Below are positions 19,405 through 29,466 of a stretch of 38,391 bases of DNA, one piece after another. Source of the stretch: an uncultured Rhodospirillaceae bacterium (GTDB lineage Bacteria > Pseudomonadota > Alphaproteobacteria > MPNO01 > UBA2964); assembly GCA_964492555.1 (NCBI GenBank), contig CAZBKQ010000003.1, forward strand, positions 74,658 to 113,048, read 5' to 3'. The position numbers and the translations under genes are program-made. Under the pieces are notes generated by a model, which searched no databases, was not told where the DNA came from, and worked only from the letters and a program-made list of their open reading frames with translations. Within the stretch, counting starts at the first letter, position 1. Each line of letters opens with the position of its first letter.

Positions 19405-20136
19405 TCAGGCGGGGCCTGACATAGAAACCGCCGTGCCGACCGAAAGCCCGAGCAAATCCGCACGGCCACGGTTTACAGCGATTTCAGCCAGCCCGTTCGC
19501 GTTTTCGTACCAGAAAGCCTCACCCTCCGCGACGTCGGAAAACACACGGGCGGGGCTGAAAAACCTGTCGCCTGCCTTCAACACCGCCTCGGGATGAAGC
19601 GCAGATGCCCGAAGCCCCGTCATCGCGTTGCCGAAATGATCAATATAGACAATGGCCGGCAAATCGTCAGGCCAGTCGGGCTTTCGTATGGTTTCCGGGT
19701 CGATCGGTTCACCTTCCGGAAAGCCGCCCGCGGCGATCTGAGCCGCGGTCGGGGCAAAAAGATCGCGCCCGTGAAAACTCGCCGAAAGGGTCTCGGGGCG
19801 CCATGTGATGCGCCAGGTCCGGACATCCCGTGCCCGCCGCATCGTCGCTTCGAAAAGCCCGTTATCGGGGCCGACAAACCATTTCCCGTCGGCGCGGATA
19901 ATCAGGGGGTCGCGCGCGCCGCCCACCCCGGGATCGACAACTGCGACGAATATCGCACTGGTCGCGAACCCGGCCGCGTAGGCCGCCAACAGATAGGAAC
20001 AGTATTGTGGTTCGAACGGCGGCGCATCGTGCATCAGATCGATCACCGGCACATTCGGGACGATCGCGGCAATCGCACCCTTGATTTGTCCCACATAGGG
20101 ACCGGTCAACCCGAAATCTGTGAACAAGACGATCAT
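19405..20136 (-). CDS. DUF62 / SAM hydrolase (SAM hydroxide adenosyltransferase; halogenase superfamily)
   Basis: [56 protein letters not shown]. Confidence 0.92.
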   Translation of the reverse strand: MIVLFTDFGLTGPYVGQIKGAIAAIVPNVPVIDLMHDAPPFEPQYCSYLLAAYAAGFATSAIFVAVVDPGVGGARDPLIIRADGKWFVGPDNGLFEATMRRARDVRTWRITWRPETLSASFHGRDLFAPTAAQIAAGGFPEGEPIDPETIRKPDWPDDLPAIVYIDHFGNAMTGLRASALHPEAVLKAGDRFFSPARVFSDVAEGEAFWYENANGLAEIAVNRGRADLLGLSVGTAVSMSGPA

Positions 20137-20143
20137 GGCGGCG

Positions 20144-20149
20144 ATTATA
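20144..20149 (-). promoter_or_regulatory. Perfect -10 box (TATAAT) 7 nt upstream of the DUF62 start codon
   Basis: Minus strand ...GCGGCGG TATAAT CGCCGCC ATG; no Shine-Dalgarno sequence; -35 element unclear. Confidence 0.6.
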
Positions 20150-20213
20150 CCGCCGCGCGGTCGGTCAGGCTAATCCCGGGATCTCCGGTGGGCGGAGCAA
20201 CCGGGGGTGCGGG

Positions 20214-21266
20214 TCAGGCCGATTTCTTGAGGTTTGGCATGACCCGGGAAGCGGTCACCCGGTTCCGCCCGTCATGTTTCGACTGATAAAGCAAAGCGTC
20301 GGCACGAGCGATCAGCGCATCCGGCGTTTCGCCGAAAACCAGCTCCGTCACCCCGAACGACATCGTGATGTTGCCCATGTCCCGCTTGCTGTCCTTACGT
20401 GAAAGCTTGCGGGCGGCCAAAGAGGCGCGCAAATTTTCCGCGACGGAGGCGGCACCGTTCATCGCGGTTTCGGGCAGGATAATGGCGAATTCCTCACCAC
20501 CGAAACGCGCGGCGATGTCTCGGCCTTTCACGCCGTCTTTCAGGGTTTGAGCGACCAGTTTGAGCACCTGGTCGCCGACCTGATGGCCGTATGTGTCATT
20601 GAACTTCTTGAAGTGATCGATATCCGCAATCACAAGCGAGACCGGTGTTTTCTCCTTGCCTGCTTCGTCGATAAGCAATTCCAGCTTTTCGTCGAAGGCG
20701 CGGCGATTATAAATACCGGTTAACCGGTCGGTGAGCGCTTCCATCCGGGAATGTTGCAGCTGTTGCTGCATTTCGGCGATTTCCGCTCGGCTTTTCTCGA
20801 CCTCGCTTTGCAGGTTCTGTATCTGGCTTTCCATGCTGGCGGTTTCCGCCGCCATTTCGGCAACCATGCTGGAAATTTCGGATTTGCTCTCGACCGCGCC
20901 CAGATTGCCCGAAAAATGCGCCAGCGCCTCGCCGTATTTTTCCGTGTCGGACCCGGCCGCCTTTAATGCTTCCTGAACCCGCTTTGTATTGGCCTCAAGC
21001 CGGGCGTTCATATCGGCTTGGGTGTTTTCACCATAGCCGGCGCCGAGAAAACGCGTGTAAATGTCCCGATTGCGTTCCGGGGTGAATTTCATGCCGCGCG
21101 ACTGCATGGCGTCGATCAGCCGCGAAAGGGCGGGATTTCGGCCCGAGAGATGGTCGAACCAGATGTGAAAATTCGTGGGGTTCGGTGCCACTTCGGCTTT
21201 CGACATATTGTCGAGCGATGTCTTGGCGACAGTTTCGACTTTTTTCTGGTCCTCTGGGTAAATCAC
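20214..21266 (-). CDS. Cytoplasmic GGDEF diguanylate cyclase (DgcB/VdcA-like architecture)
   Basis: N-terminal PNPTNFHIWFDHLSGRNP, coiled coil, DRLTG, DIDHFKKFNDTYGHQVGD, intact GGEEF; no transmembrane segment. Confidence 0.93.
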   Translation of the reverse strand: MIYPEDQKKVETVAKTSLDNMSKAEVAPNPTNFHIWFDHLSGRNPALSRLIDAMQSRGMKFTPERNRDIYTRFLGAGYGENTQADMNARLEANTKRVQEALKAAGSDTEKYGEALAHFSGNLGAVESKSEISSMVAEMAAETASMESQIQNLQSEVEKSRAEIAEMQQQLQHSRMEALTDRLTGIYNRRAFDEKLELLIDEAGKEKTPVSLVIADIDHFKKFNDTYGHQVGDQVLKLVAQTLKDGVKGRDIAARFGGEEFAIILPETAMNGAASVAENLRASLAARKLSRKDSKRDMGNITMSFGVTELVFGETPDALIARADALLYQSKHDGRNRVTASRVMPNLKKSA

Positions 21267-21315
21267 GCGCCAGCCCTTATGTTTTTATTTTCTCAGTCTG
21301 TATTCGATTTAGCGC

Positions 21316-21564
21316 CTAGCCGTCATAAGGCAGCACTTCTGTAATGGAGTTCTTGTTAAGAAGATGAATGATGTCGTTCTCGTCGACAAACGGGATGAAT
21401 TGCGAGCCGCTATTCAACAGATCCTGAATTCGGGCTGTCGCATCGACAAAAACATGGCCATTCAGGACGATGCCGTTATTCATCGTTACCTGGGCGAATT
21501 GGCGGATTTTGGGGATTTTGGGGACACCGTTATTCGGACGTGTCCAGGCACCATTGGATCGCAC
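21316..21564 (-). CDS. Small conserved hypothetical protein (DUF6812-like)
   Basis: 82 aa; GTG start with AAGGA RBS; pattern G.VFV...RIQDLLN....FIPF......LLNK..I resembles DUF6812 as I recall it; co-directional with the cyclase. Confidence 0.7.
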   Translation of the reverse strand: MRSNGAWTRPNNGVPKIPKIRQFAQVTMNNGIVLNGHVFVDATARIQDLLNSGSQFIPFVDENDIIHLLNKNSITEVLPYDG

Positions 21565-21629
21565 GGCTGAAATTCCTTGTGGCAGTTCGGCGCTCAGGCC
21601 GCAATCGGGGACAGAATGAGGCGAAACCC

Positions 21630-21644
21630 TTAAATTCCGGTAAA
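21630..21644 (-). promoter_or_regulatory. Candidate CtrA box
   Basis: TTAA-attccgg-TAAA on + (TTTA-N7-TTAA on minus), one mismatch to TTAA-N7-TTAA, about 65 nt upstream of the small gene. Confidence 0.45.
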
Positions 21645-21681
21645 GTTCACAAGAACCAGCCCACCTTTTCCACCGATTTCA

Positions 21682-21710
21682 TTGACTTCCCCGCTGTCGC
21701 TGAGTAGAAG
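21682..21710 (+). promoter_or_regulatory. Candidate sigma70 promoter for ribF-ileS-lspA
   Basis: TTGACT (21682-21687), 17-nt spacer, TAGAAG (21705-21710), 8 nt before the ribF ATG. Confidence 0.55.
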
Positions 21711-21718
21711 CCGCCACC

Positions 21719-22702
21719 ATGCAGATTCTGACATCATATAACGATGTGCCTGACGCGTTGACGGGCACCGCGGTCGCGCTCGGGAATTTCGACGGCGTGC
21801 ATATCGGCCATCAGGCCGTAATCGGCGCCGCGAAAGAGATTGCGGACAAGGCGGGAACGCCCGCCGCCGTTTTGTCTTTCGCGCCCCATCCGCGCCGATT
21901 TTTCCGGCCGGATGATGCATATTTTGAGTTGACGCCCGGGGCTTCCAAGGCCCGTCCCATCGCGGAGCTCGGCGTCGGCGCGCTTTTTTCCATCCCGTTC
22001 GATGCGCATCTTGCCGGCATGCCGGCCCGGGATTTCGTCGAAACCGTACTGGTCGGGGGATTACAGGTTTCGCACATTATCGCGGGCTATGATTTCGTCT
22101 TTGGCAAGGGGCGTCAGGGAAATCTGGCGCTGCTTGAAAAGATGGGGAACAAGCATGGTTTCGGCACGACGGTTGTTGAGGCGGTGCATCCGGAGGATCC
22201 CGCGCTGCCGCCGGTGTCCTCGACCGCGATCCGCAATCATCTCCGGGCAGGCAGAATTGCCGCCGCAGCGCGTTTGCTGGGCCGACCCTGGGAAATCGAA
22301 GGCACGGTCATGACCGGCGATCAGCGCGGACGTCAGATCGGATTTCCCACCGCCAATGTCGATCCCGGCGATTACGTTAATCCGGCGCTCGGCGTCTATG
22401 CCTGCTGGGTCGCTGAATCAGAAGGGGCGGGTACGGAATGGCGCAAGGGCGTCGTCAATATCGGACGGCGGCCGACCTTTAACGGAGAAGGCGTCACGGT
22501 GGAGGCGCATCTGTTCGATTTCGAGGGCGACCTCTATGGCAAGCTGATGCGGGTCGTGTTGGCGGGCTATATCCGGCCTGAAATGAAGTTCGACGGGATT
22601 GACGCGATCCGCGCCCAGATCGAAAAGGACGGCGCCGCGGCGCGGACGATCCTTGACAGAACCGCCCCCGGTGATATTGACCCCGCCGGTGATAGCGAAT
22701 GA
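21719..22702 (+). CDS. ribF: Bifunctional riboflavin kinase / FAD synthetase
   Basis: [64 protein letters not shown]. Confidence 0.97.
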   Translation: MQILTSYNDVPDALTGTAVALGNFDGVHIGHQAVIGAAKEIADKAGTPAAVLSFAPHPRRFFRPDDAYFELTPGASKARPIAELGVGALFSIPFDAHLAGMPARDFVETVLVGGLQVSHIIAGYDFVFGKGRQGNLALLEKMGNKHGFGTTVVEAVHPEDPALPPVSSTAIRNHLRAGRIAAAARLLGRPWEIEGTVMTGDQRGRQIGFPTANVDPGDYVNPALGVYACWVAESEGAGTEWRKGVVNIGRRPTFNGEGVTVEAHLFDFEGDLYGKLMRVVLAGYIRPEMKFDGIDAIRAQIEKDGAAARTILDRTAPGDIDPAGDSE

Positions 22703-25599
22703 GTACTGATTACAAATCGACGGTCTTTTTGCCAAAGACCGACTTTCCCATGCGCGGCTCCCTGCCAGAGCGCGAACCGGAAACGCTTGCCCGTTGGGAA
22801 GAAATTGATCTCTACCGCCGCCAGCGCGAGGATGCCGCCGGACGGCCCAAATATGTGCTGCATGACGGTCCGCCCTATGCCAACGGCAATCTGCATATAG
22901 GTCACGCACTTAACAAGATTCTGAAGGATGTGATCAACCGGTCGCGCCAGATGACCGGGTTCGACGCGAATTACGTACCGGGCTGGGACTGCCACGGTCT
23001 GCCGATCGAATGGAAGATCGAGGAACAGTACCGTGCCAAGCAGAAAAACAAGGACGAGGTGCCGATCGTCGAATTCCGCGAGGAATGCCGGAAGTTCGCC
23101 GCCCATTGGGTGGATGTGCAGTCGGAGGAATTCAAGCGTCTCGGCATCATCGGCGACTGGGAACAACCCTACACCACCATGACCTATGCCGCCGAGGCTC
23201 AGATCGCCCGCGAGTTGATGAAATTCGCGATGAACGGTCAGCTTTATCGCGGCTCCAAGCCGGTGATGTGGTCGGTGGTCGAACGCACGGCGCTGGCGGA
23301 AGCCGAGGTCGAATATCATGATCACGAATCGGACCAGGTCTGGGTGAAGTTTCCGGCGACGGGGACAGGCGACGCGGGCTGGGACGCGCTTGTGAGCGAT
23401 TTTGCCGATCTGCGTGTCGTCATCTGGACCACGACCCCTTGGACCATCCCGGGTAACCGGGCGATCTCGTTTTCGTCGCGGATTTCCTATGGCGTCTATG
23501 AAATCACCGAGGCGCCAGAGGATAACTGGGCCAGGAAGGGTGAGTTTTACATCCTCGCCGATCCGTTGGCGCCGGAGGTGATGAAAGCCGGACGGGTGGA
23601 AGCCTATGAACGCCGCGTCGATGTTCCGGCGGAAACTCTGTCCGCCGGTCATTGCCGTCATCCGCTGGACGGGTTCGCGGGCGGGTATAATTTCGACGTG
23701 CCTTTGCTGGATGGTGATCATGTCACTGACGATACCGGCACCGGCTTTGTCCATACCGCGCCGAGCCATGGGCGCGACGACTTTGAAATCTGGATGGACA
23801 GCGCAGTATTTCTGGCCGAACGCGGCATCGACAGACATATCCCCTACACGGTGGATGCCGACGGTTCCTATACGAGAGAGGCGCCGGGTTTCGACGGCAA
23901 ACGTGTTATCAAGGATAACGGCAAGAAGGGCGATGCGAATGAGGCGGTGATCGCCGCGCTGCGCGATGCCGGTGCAATGGTCGCGCGCGCGCGCCTGAAA
24001 CATCAATATCCGCATAGCTGGCGGTCAAAGACCCCGGTTATCTTCCGCAACACGCCGCAATGGTTTATCGCGATGGGCGATGATAAAGGCGCGGAAGGAT
24101 TGCGCGCCAAGGCGCTGAAAGCGATTTCCGAAACGGATTTCTATCCGCCGCAGGGCCGCAACCGGCTGAACGGCATGATCGAAACCCGTCCCGACTGGGT
24201 GATCTCGCGCCAGCGTGCCTGGGGTGTGCCGATCTGCGTTTTCGCTCATCGTGAGACCGGAGAGGTGTTGCGTGATGACGCGGTGAATGAACGCATCGCG
24301 GCGGCCTTTGAAAAGGACGGCGCGGATTGCTGGTTCGCCGGTGACCCGGCGCGCTTCCTCGGCAATGATTACAGCGCGGATGATTTTGAGCAGGTCACGG
24401 ATATTCTCGATGTCTGGTTCGATTCCGGCTCGACCCACAGCTTCGTGCTTGAGGCGCGTGACGATCTGAAATGGCCGGCCGATCTCTATCTCGAAGGATC
24501 GGACCAGCATCGCGGCTGGTTCCATTCCTCGCTGCTCGAATCCTGCGGCACGCGCGGGCGCGCGCCCTATGACGCTGTGCTGACGCACGGTTTCGTGCTG
24601 GCCGAGGAAGGCGTCAAAATGTCCAAGTCGCTGGGCAACGTCACCGCCCCGCAGGAGGTCATCAAACAATTCGGCGCGGATATTCTGCGTATCTGGGTGG
24701 TCGCTTCGGATTATTCGGAAGACCTCCGCATCGGGCCGGAGATCATCAAACATCAGGCGGACGCCTATCGCCGGCTTCGCAATACGCTGCGTTTTCTGCT
24801 TGGCAGCCTCGAAGGGTTCGACGAACCGGAGCGGCTCCCTACCGCCGATATGCCGGAGCTCGAATGCTTTATCCTGCATCGGCTGCATGAACTTGACGCG
24901 CTGGTTCGCAAATCCTGCGACGCATACGATTTCCACACCATGTTCACGGCGCTGCATAATTTCTGCGCGGTGGAACTGTCCTCCTTCTATTTCGATATCC
25001 GCAAGGACGCGCTCTATTGCGACGATCCGGCCGATCCGCGCCGCCGCGCCGCGCGCACGGTTATGGCGGAGATATTCTCCTGCCTGACGGCATGGCTCGC
25101 TCCCATCATCTGCTTTACTGCGGAAGAAGCCTGGCAGCACCGCAATAGCGCGGGGTCGGATGACGGGCCGGACTCGGTTCATCTGCGCCAGTTCCCGGAC
25201 CTGCCGGCGGAATGGCAAAACGCTCCTCTGGCGGAGAAATGGCAGCGCATCCGCACCATCCGCCGTGTCGTGACGGGCGCGTTGGAGCTGGAACGCGCGG
25301 CAAAGCGCATCGGGGCCAGTTTGCAGGCGTCAGTGACGGTCTATCTGCCTGACGCGGACGTGAAACTGTTTGACGGGCTGGATGTCGCCGATATCTGTAT
25401 CACGTCCGACGCGGTCCTGACCTCTGATGCCGCGCCGGAAGACGTCTTCAGACTGGACGAGGTTGCCGGGATCGCGGTTTCCGTGGCGGAAGCCGATGGC
25501 CGCAAATGCGAACGCTGCTGGAAGGTCTTGCCCGAGGTCGGACAGCAGGACGGCCATGACGACCTTTGCCGGCGTTGCGCGGAGGTCGTCGGCGGGTGA
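22699..25599 (+). CDS. ileS: Isoleucine--tRNA ligase (type 1, C-terminal zinc finger)
   Basis: [59 protein letters not shown]...CRRC; ATGA overlap with ribF. Confidence 0.99.
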   Translation: MSTDYKSTVFLPKTDFPMRGSLPEREPETLARWEEIDLYRRQREDAAGRPKYVLHDGPPYANGNLHIGHALNKILKDVINRSRQMTGFDANYVPGWDCHGLPIEWKIEEQYRAKQKNKDEVPIVEFREECRKFAAHWVDVQSEEFKRLGIIGDWEQPYTTMTYAAEAQIARELMKFAMNGQLYRGSKPVMWSVVERTALAEAEVEYHDHESDQVWVKFPATGTGDAGWDALVSDFADLRVVIWTTTPWTIPGNRAISFSSRISYGVYEITEAPEDNWARKGEFYILADPLAPEVMKAGRVEAYERRVDVPAETLSAGHCRHPLDGFAGGYNFDVPLLDGDHVTDDTGTGFVHTAPSHGRDDFEIWMDSAVFLAERGIDRHIPYTVDADGSYTREAPGFDGKRVIKDNGKKGDANEAVIAALRDAGAMVARARLKHQYPHSWRSKTPVIFRNTPQWFIAMGDDKGAEGLRAKALKAISETDFYPPQGRNRLNGMIETRPDWVISRQRAWGVPICVFAHRETGEVLRDDAVNERIAAAFEKDGADCWFAGDPARFLGNDYSADDFEQVTDILDVWFDSGSTHSFVLEARDDLKWPADLYLEGSDQHRGWFHSSLLESCGTRGRAPYDAVLTHGFVLAEEGVKMSKSLGNVTAPQEVIKQFGADILRIWVVASDYSEDLRIGPEIIKHQADAYRRLRNTLRFLLGSLEGFDEPERLPTADMPELECFILHRLHELDALVRKSCDAYDFHTMFTALHNFCAVELSSFYFDIRKDALYCDDPADPRRRAARTVMAEIFSCLTAWLAPIICFTAEEAWQHRNSAGSDDGPDSVHLRQFPDLPAEWQNAPLAEKWQRIRTIRRVVTGALELERAAKRIGASLQASVTVYLPDADVKLFDGLDVADICITSDAVLTSDAAPEDVFRLDEVAGIAVSVAEADGRKCERCWKVLPEVGQQDGHDDLCRRCAEVVGG

Positions 25600-26075
25600 G
25601 CGCTGTTCCGCTCCGGAACGGTCTCGCGGCGCTGGTCATAACGCTTTTACTCGATCAGCTCAGTAAATGGTGGATACTCACCGTAACGATGGCGCCGCCG
25701 CGCATCATTCCGGTCACCGACTTTTTCAATCTGGTCCTCGTTTTTAATCGCGGCGTCAGCTTCGGCGTATTTGGCGATGGCGCGGCGTGGGTGCGCTGGG
25801 CGCTGGTCGTCTTCGCGGTTTTGCTGTCGATCGGATTGTTTATATGGCTGTTGCGCGCCCGGGGTGGGTTGCTGGCGCTGGGTCTCGGTCTGATTATCGG
25901 GGGCGCCATCGGCAATGTGATCGATCGTATCCGGTTTGGCGGGGTCGTCGATTTTCTGGATTTCCATCTTTCCGGCTGGCACTGGCCCGCCTTCAATGTG
26001 GCGGACAGCGCGATCATGGTGGGCGTAATGCTGCTGATTTTTGACTCCTTGAATTCACCTGACGCAAAACCTTAA
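25596..26075 (+). CDS. lspA: Lipoprotein signal peptidase II
   Basis: [32 protein letters not shown]; GTGA overlap with the ileS stop. Confidence 0.96.
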   Translation: MSAVPLRNGLAALVITLLLDQLSKWWILTVTMAPPRIIPVTDFFNLVLVFNRGVSFGVFGDGAAWVRWALVVFAVLLSIGLFIWLLRARGGLLALGLGLIIGGAIGNVIDRIRFGGVVDFLDFHLSGWHWPAFNVADSAIMVGVMLLIFDSLNSPDAKP

Positions 26076-26106
26076 TATGCGGGGAAACCTCTGGAACGGA
26101 ACAGAT

Positions 26107-26682
26107 ATGCGGACCTTTTCGCTTAAGACCCTTTTGCTTGTCGGCGCGGCCCTGGCTTTAGGCGCTTGCAGCAGCACAAAAAGTATCATTGGGCTTGAAA
26201 AACAGTCGCCCGATGAATTTGAGGTCGTGACCCGCGCGCCGCTTAGCCTGCCGCCGGATTACGGCCTGCGCGCGCCGGCCCCCGGCAAGCAACGCCCGCA
26301 GGAAAAAACCGTTCGCACCGCCGCGCGCGATACCTTGTTGCAGGGCGGCGGAAATCGGGCGGTTGCGGGGCAAAGGGCCGCCCGACCGAATGGCGCATCG
26401 CGGGGTGAAGCGGCTCTTCTGTCGCGCGCCGGGGCGCTGAATGCCGATGATTCGATCCGCGCCAAGGTCGATTCCGAAAGCAGCGCGCTTCTGAACGCCA
26501 ATCAGGACGTATTCGACAAGGTCATGTTCTGGCAGGAAACGCCCAAGCCGGGCGTCATCGTCGATCCGAAAAAGGAAGCAAAGCGGCTTCGCGAGGCCCG
26601 GGCTCTCGGCAAGCCGGTCAATAAGGGCGACGTGCCGGTTATCCAGCGCAAGGAAAAGGGGATTCTGGAAGGAATCTTCTGA
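26107..26682 (+). CDS. DUF3035-like lipoprotein
   Basis: Lipobox LGAC; PDEFEVVTRAPLSLPPDYGLRAPAPG; position after lspA. Confidence 0.85.
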   Translation: MRTFSLKTLLLVGAALALGACSSTKSIIGLEKQSPDEFEVVTRAPLSLPPDYGLRAPAPGKQRPQEKTVRTAARDTLLQGGGNRAVAGQRAARPNGASRGEAALLSRAGALNADDSIRAKVDSESSALLNANQDVFDKVMFWQETPKPGVIVDPKKEAKRLREARALGKPVNKGDVPVIQRKEKGILEGIF

Positions 26683-26797
26683 TCCCCGCGATCAATCGGA
26701 TTTGATCGGCCAAATCAGCCCGCGCGCTTGAAAATCGCGGGCGTTGGACAATATTCACCTCATATCATCCCGCCCGAGCGCCGAGGAGCGTCCGCCT

Positions 26798-28135
26798 ATG
26801 TTCCGGTTGTTTTCGCTTAGTCTGATTTTTCTTTTCTTTTTTGCCGGAAAGGCACCCGCCGCTGTGTTCAATCCGGAGAGCTTTATGCTTTCCAACGGCA
26901 TGCAGGTAGTGGTCGTCACCAATCGCAACGCGCCGATTGTCTTTCATATGGTCTGGTACCGGGTCGGCGCGGCGGATGAGCCCGCCGGCGCCTCCGGGAT
27001 CGCTCATTTTCTCGAACATCTGATGTTCAAGGGCACCAGGGACATCCCGCCCGGCGAATTTTCGAAGATCGTCGCGCGCAATGGCGGGACGGATAACGCC
27101 TTCACCTCGCAGGATTTTACCGCTTATTTCCAGAAAGTCGCCCGCGACAGGCTGGAGCTGGTGATGAAGCTTGAAGCGGACCGGATGACCAACCTGGTGC
27201 TGACTGACAAGGAAGTCCTTCCCGAACGCGATGTCGTACTGGAGGAACGGTCGTCCCGTACCGATAACAATCCCGGCGCGCAGCTATATGAGGCGAAGCA
27301 GGCGGCGCTTTATCTCAATCATCCCTACCGCAATCCGGTGATCGGTTGGAAGCATGAAATCGAGAAGCTGAATACCGAAGACGCGTTAAAATTCTATCGT
27401 CGGTTCTACGCGCCTAATAACGCCATTCTGATTGTTTCCGGGGATATCGATGCCGCGGAATTGAAACCGCTTGCCGAAAAATATTATGGCGTTATTCCGC
27501 GCGGCCCTGACATCAAAAGGCAAAGAGTCGATGAACCGCCGCATAAGGCGGCGCGCCGGGTTTCGCTTTCCAGCCCGCGCGTCGGCCAGCCGAGTCTGAC
27601 CAGAACCTATATCGCGCCGAGTTACCGCACTGCCGGCGGCAACGAAGCCTATGCGCTGCAAATTCTCGCCGACATTCTGGGCGGTGGGGCACGGTCGCGG
27701 CTCTATAGCGCGCTGGTGGTCAAGGACAAGCTCGCCGCCTCGGCCGGCGCCTGGTACGACCCGAGCGCTTATGATCTCGGCGAGTTCGGCGTATCCGCCA
27801 GCCCGCGCGGTGATGTCTCCCTGGATCGTGTTGAGGCGGCGATCGACGAACAGCTGAAACTTTTGATCGAAAAGGGTGTCACGGCGGAAGAGGTCAAACG
27901 TTCCGCCCGATCACTCGCCGCCAGTGCTGTCTATGCGCGCGATTCCGTCGGGGCGGCGCCCAATATCATCGGCCGCGCGCTCACCACCGGCCAGACACTT
28001 GAGGATATCGAGGCCTGGCCCGAGCGGATCATGAAGGTTACGCCCGCCGATGTGATCGCTGCCGCGAAAAAGGTTTTTGATCTCCGAAACTCGGTCACCA
28101 GCCTGCTGACCCCCGCCGCTGCAAAGGACAGATAA
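26798..28135 (+). CDS. M16 (pitrilysin-family) zinc peptidase, catalytic subunit, exported
   Basis: Signal peptide; inverted zinc motif HFLEH, NAFTS, EER; GAGGAG RBS before ATG 26798. Confidence 0.94.
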   Translation: MFRLFSLSLIFLFFFAGKAPAAVFNPESFMLSNGMQVVVVTNRNAPIVFHMVWYRVGAADEPAGASGIAHFLEHLMFKGTRDIPPGEFSKIVARNGGTDNAFTSQDFTAYFQKVARDRLELVMKLEADRMTNLVLTDKEVLPERDVVLEERSSRTDNNPGAQLYEAKQAALYLNHPYRNPVIGWKHEIEKLNTEDALKFYRRFYAPNNAILIVSGDIDAAELKPLAEKYYGVIPRGPDIKRQRVDEPPHKAARRVSLSSPRVGQPSLTRTYIAPSYRTAGGNEAYALQILADILGGGARSRLYSALVVKDKLAASAGAWYDPSAYDLGEFGVSASPRGDVSLDRVEAAIDEQLKLLIEKGVTAEEVKRSARSLAASAVYARDSVGAAPNIIGRALTTGQTLEDIEAWPERIMKVTPADVIAAAKKVFDLRNSVTSLLTPAAAKDR

Positions 28136-28136
28136 G

Positions 28137-29465
28137 ATGCGGATGATACGAATTCTTCCCGTCATCGCTGCCCTCGGTCTGGCGTTGGCGGGCGTTACTC
28201 CGGCTTTCGCCATCGATATCAAGGAAGTCAAAAGCAAGAGCGGCGTCACCGCCTGGCTGGTTGAGAATCACAGCGTGCCGGTAATTTCGCTATCCTTCAC
28301 CTTGCGGACCGGGGCGGTCACCGACCCAAAGGGCAAGGAAGGAAGAGCGGAATTCGTCGCTGCTACCCTGGATGAAGGGGCGGGCGATATGGAATCGCAA
28401 GAATTTCAGGGACGGCTGGAGGATTTGTCGATCAGGCTGCGCTTTAACGCCGGGTTGGAACGATTTTCCGGCTCCCTGCGCACGTTGAGCGAAAACCGGG
28501 ATGAGGCCTTCTGGATGCTCGCCATGGCGTTGAACAAGCCGCGTTTTGATGCCGAGCCGGTTGCGCGTATTCGGGGGCAGATGATCGCCGGGCTGAAATC
28601 CACGCTGCAACGGCCTGGCACTATTGCCGGTCGCGCATGGTACCGGGCGGTATTCGACGATCACCCCTATGGCCGGCCGACTGGCGGCACGGTGGACTCG
28701 GTTGGCGCGATTACCGCCGGGGATCTCAAGGATTTTGTTTCAAATCATCTGTCCCGGGCGGGAATGGTCGTCGGAGTCGCGGGCGATATCACGCCGGAAG
28801 AATTATCGCGCCGGCTGGATCAGATATTCGGGGCCTTGCCCAAGGGCGGGAATGCCGCCCGCGTCGCCGCGCCGAAATTGCAGGCGGCGGGCAAGACCGT
28901 CGTTATCGATCGCAACGTTCCGCAAAGCGTCGTTATCTTTGGCCAGCGCGGCATTGAACGCGACGACCCGGACTGGTACGCCGCCTATATCATGAACCGT
29001 ATCCTGGGCGGCGGCGGGTTTTCCGCCCGGTTGATGGAAGAAGTGCGGGAAAAACGCGGGCTGGCCTATGGCGTCTATAGTTACCTGAATCCCTTCGAAA
29101 AGGGCGGGCTGATCATGGGGAGTGTCGGCACCGGCAACGCCCGCGTTGCGGAATCGCTGCGTGTGATCAAGGATGAATGGCGGAAAATGGCGGAGAACGG
29201 CGTTACGGCGGAAGAACTTCAGAACGCCAAGACCTATATCAACGGTTCTTTCCCATTACGGCTCGATTCGACGCGTCGCATCGCGCGTATACTTGCCGGG
29301 GTTCAGTTCAACCGGCTTGGCATCGATTACCTCAACCGGCGCGCGGCGATCATGAACGCGGTGACGGTCGATGACATAAAACGCGTCGCCAAACGGCTGC
29401 TTGATGCCGATGCCATGACGGTCGTCGTGGTCGGAAAGCCGAAGGGGCTGCAATCATCGCCCTGA
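28137..29465 (+). CDS. M16 peptidase, non-catalytic partner subunit, exported
   Basis: Signal peptide (AFA cleavage site); HxxEH replaced by EFVAA; LGGGGFSARL...VREKRGLAY. Confidence 0.92.
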   Translation: MRMIRILPVIAALGLALAGVTPAFAIDIKEVKSKSGVTAWLVENHSVPVISLSFTLRTGAVTDPKGKEGRAEFVAATLDEGAGDMESQEFQGRLEDLSIRLRFNAGLERFSGSLRTLSENRDEAFWMLAMALNKPRFDAEPVARIRGQMIAGLKSTLQRPGTIAGRAWYRAVFDDHPYGRPTGGTVDSVGAITAGDLKDFVSNHLSRAGMVVGVAGDITPEELSRRLDQIFGALPKGGNAARVAAPKLQAAGKTVVIDRNVPQSVVIFGQRGIERDDPDWYAAYIMNRILGGGGFSARLMEEVREKRGLAYGVYSYLNPFEKGGLIMGSVGTGNARVAESLRVIKDEWRKMAENGVTAEELQNAKTYINGSFPLRLDSTRRIARILAGVQFNRLGIDYLNRRAAIMNAVTVDDIKRVAKRLLDADAMTVVVVGKPKGLQSSP

Positions 29466-29466
29466 T

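Noticed and set aside
19405-20136. DUF62 protein as a fluorinase or chlorinase
   Set aside because: It has the FHGRD histidine and the Asp/Arg pair of hydrolase-type members, and no halometabolite genes are nearby.
22567-25218. 482-aa and 397-aa minus-strand ORFs
   Set aside because: Antisense shadows of ileS.
28137-29465. Second M16 gene as a pseudogene because it lacks HxxEH
   Set aside because: The ORF is intact, and loss of the zinc motif is normal for the partner subunit of heterodimeric M16 peptidases.
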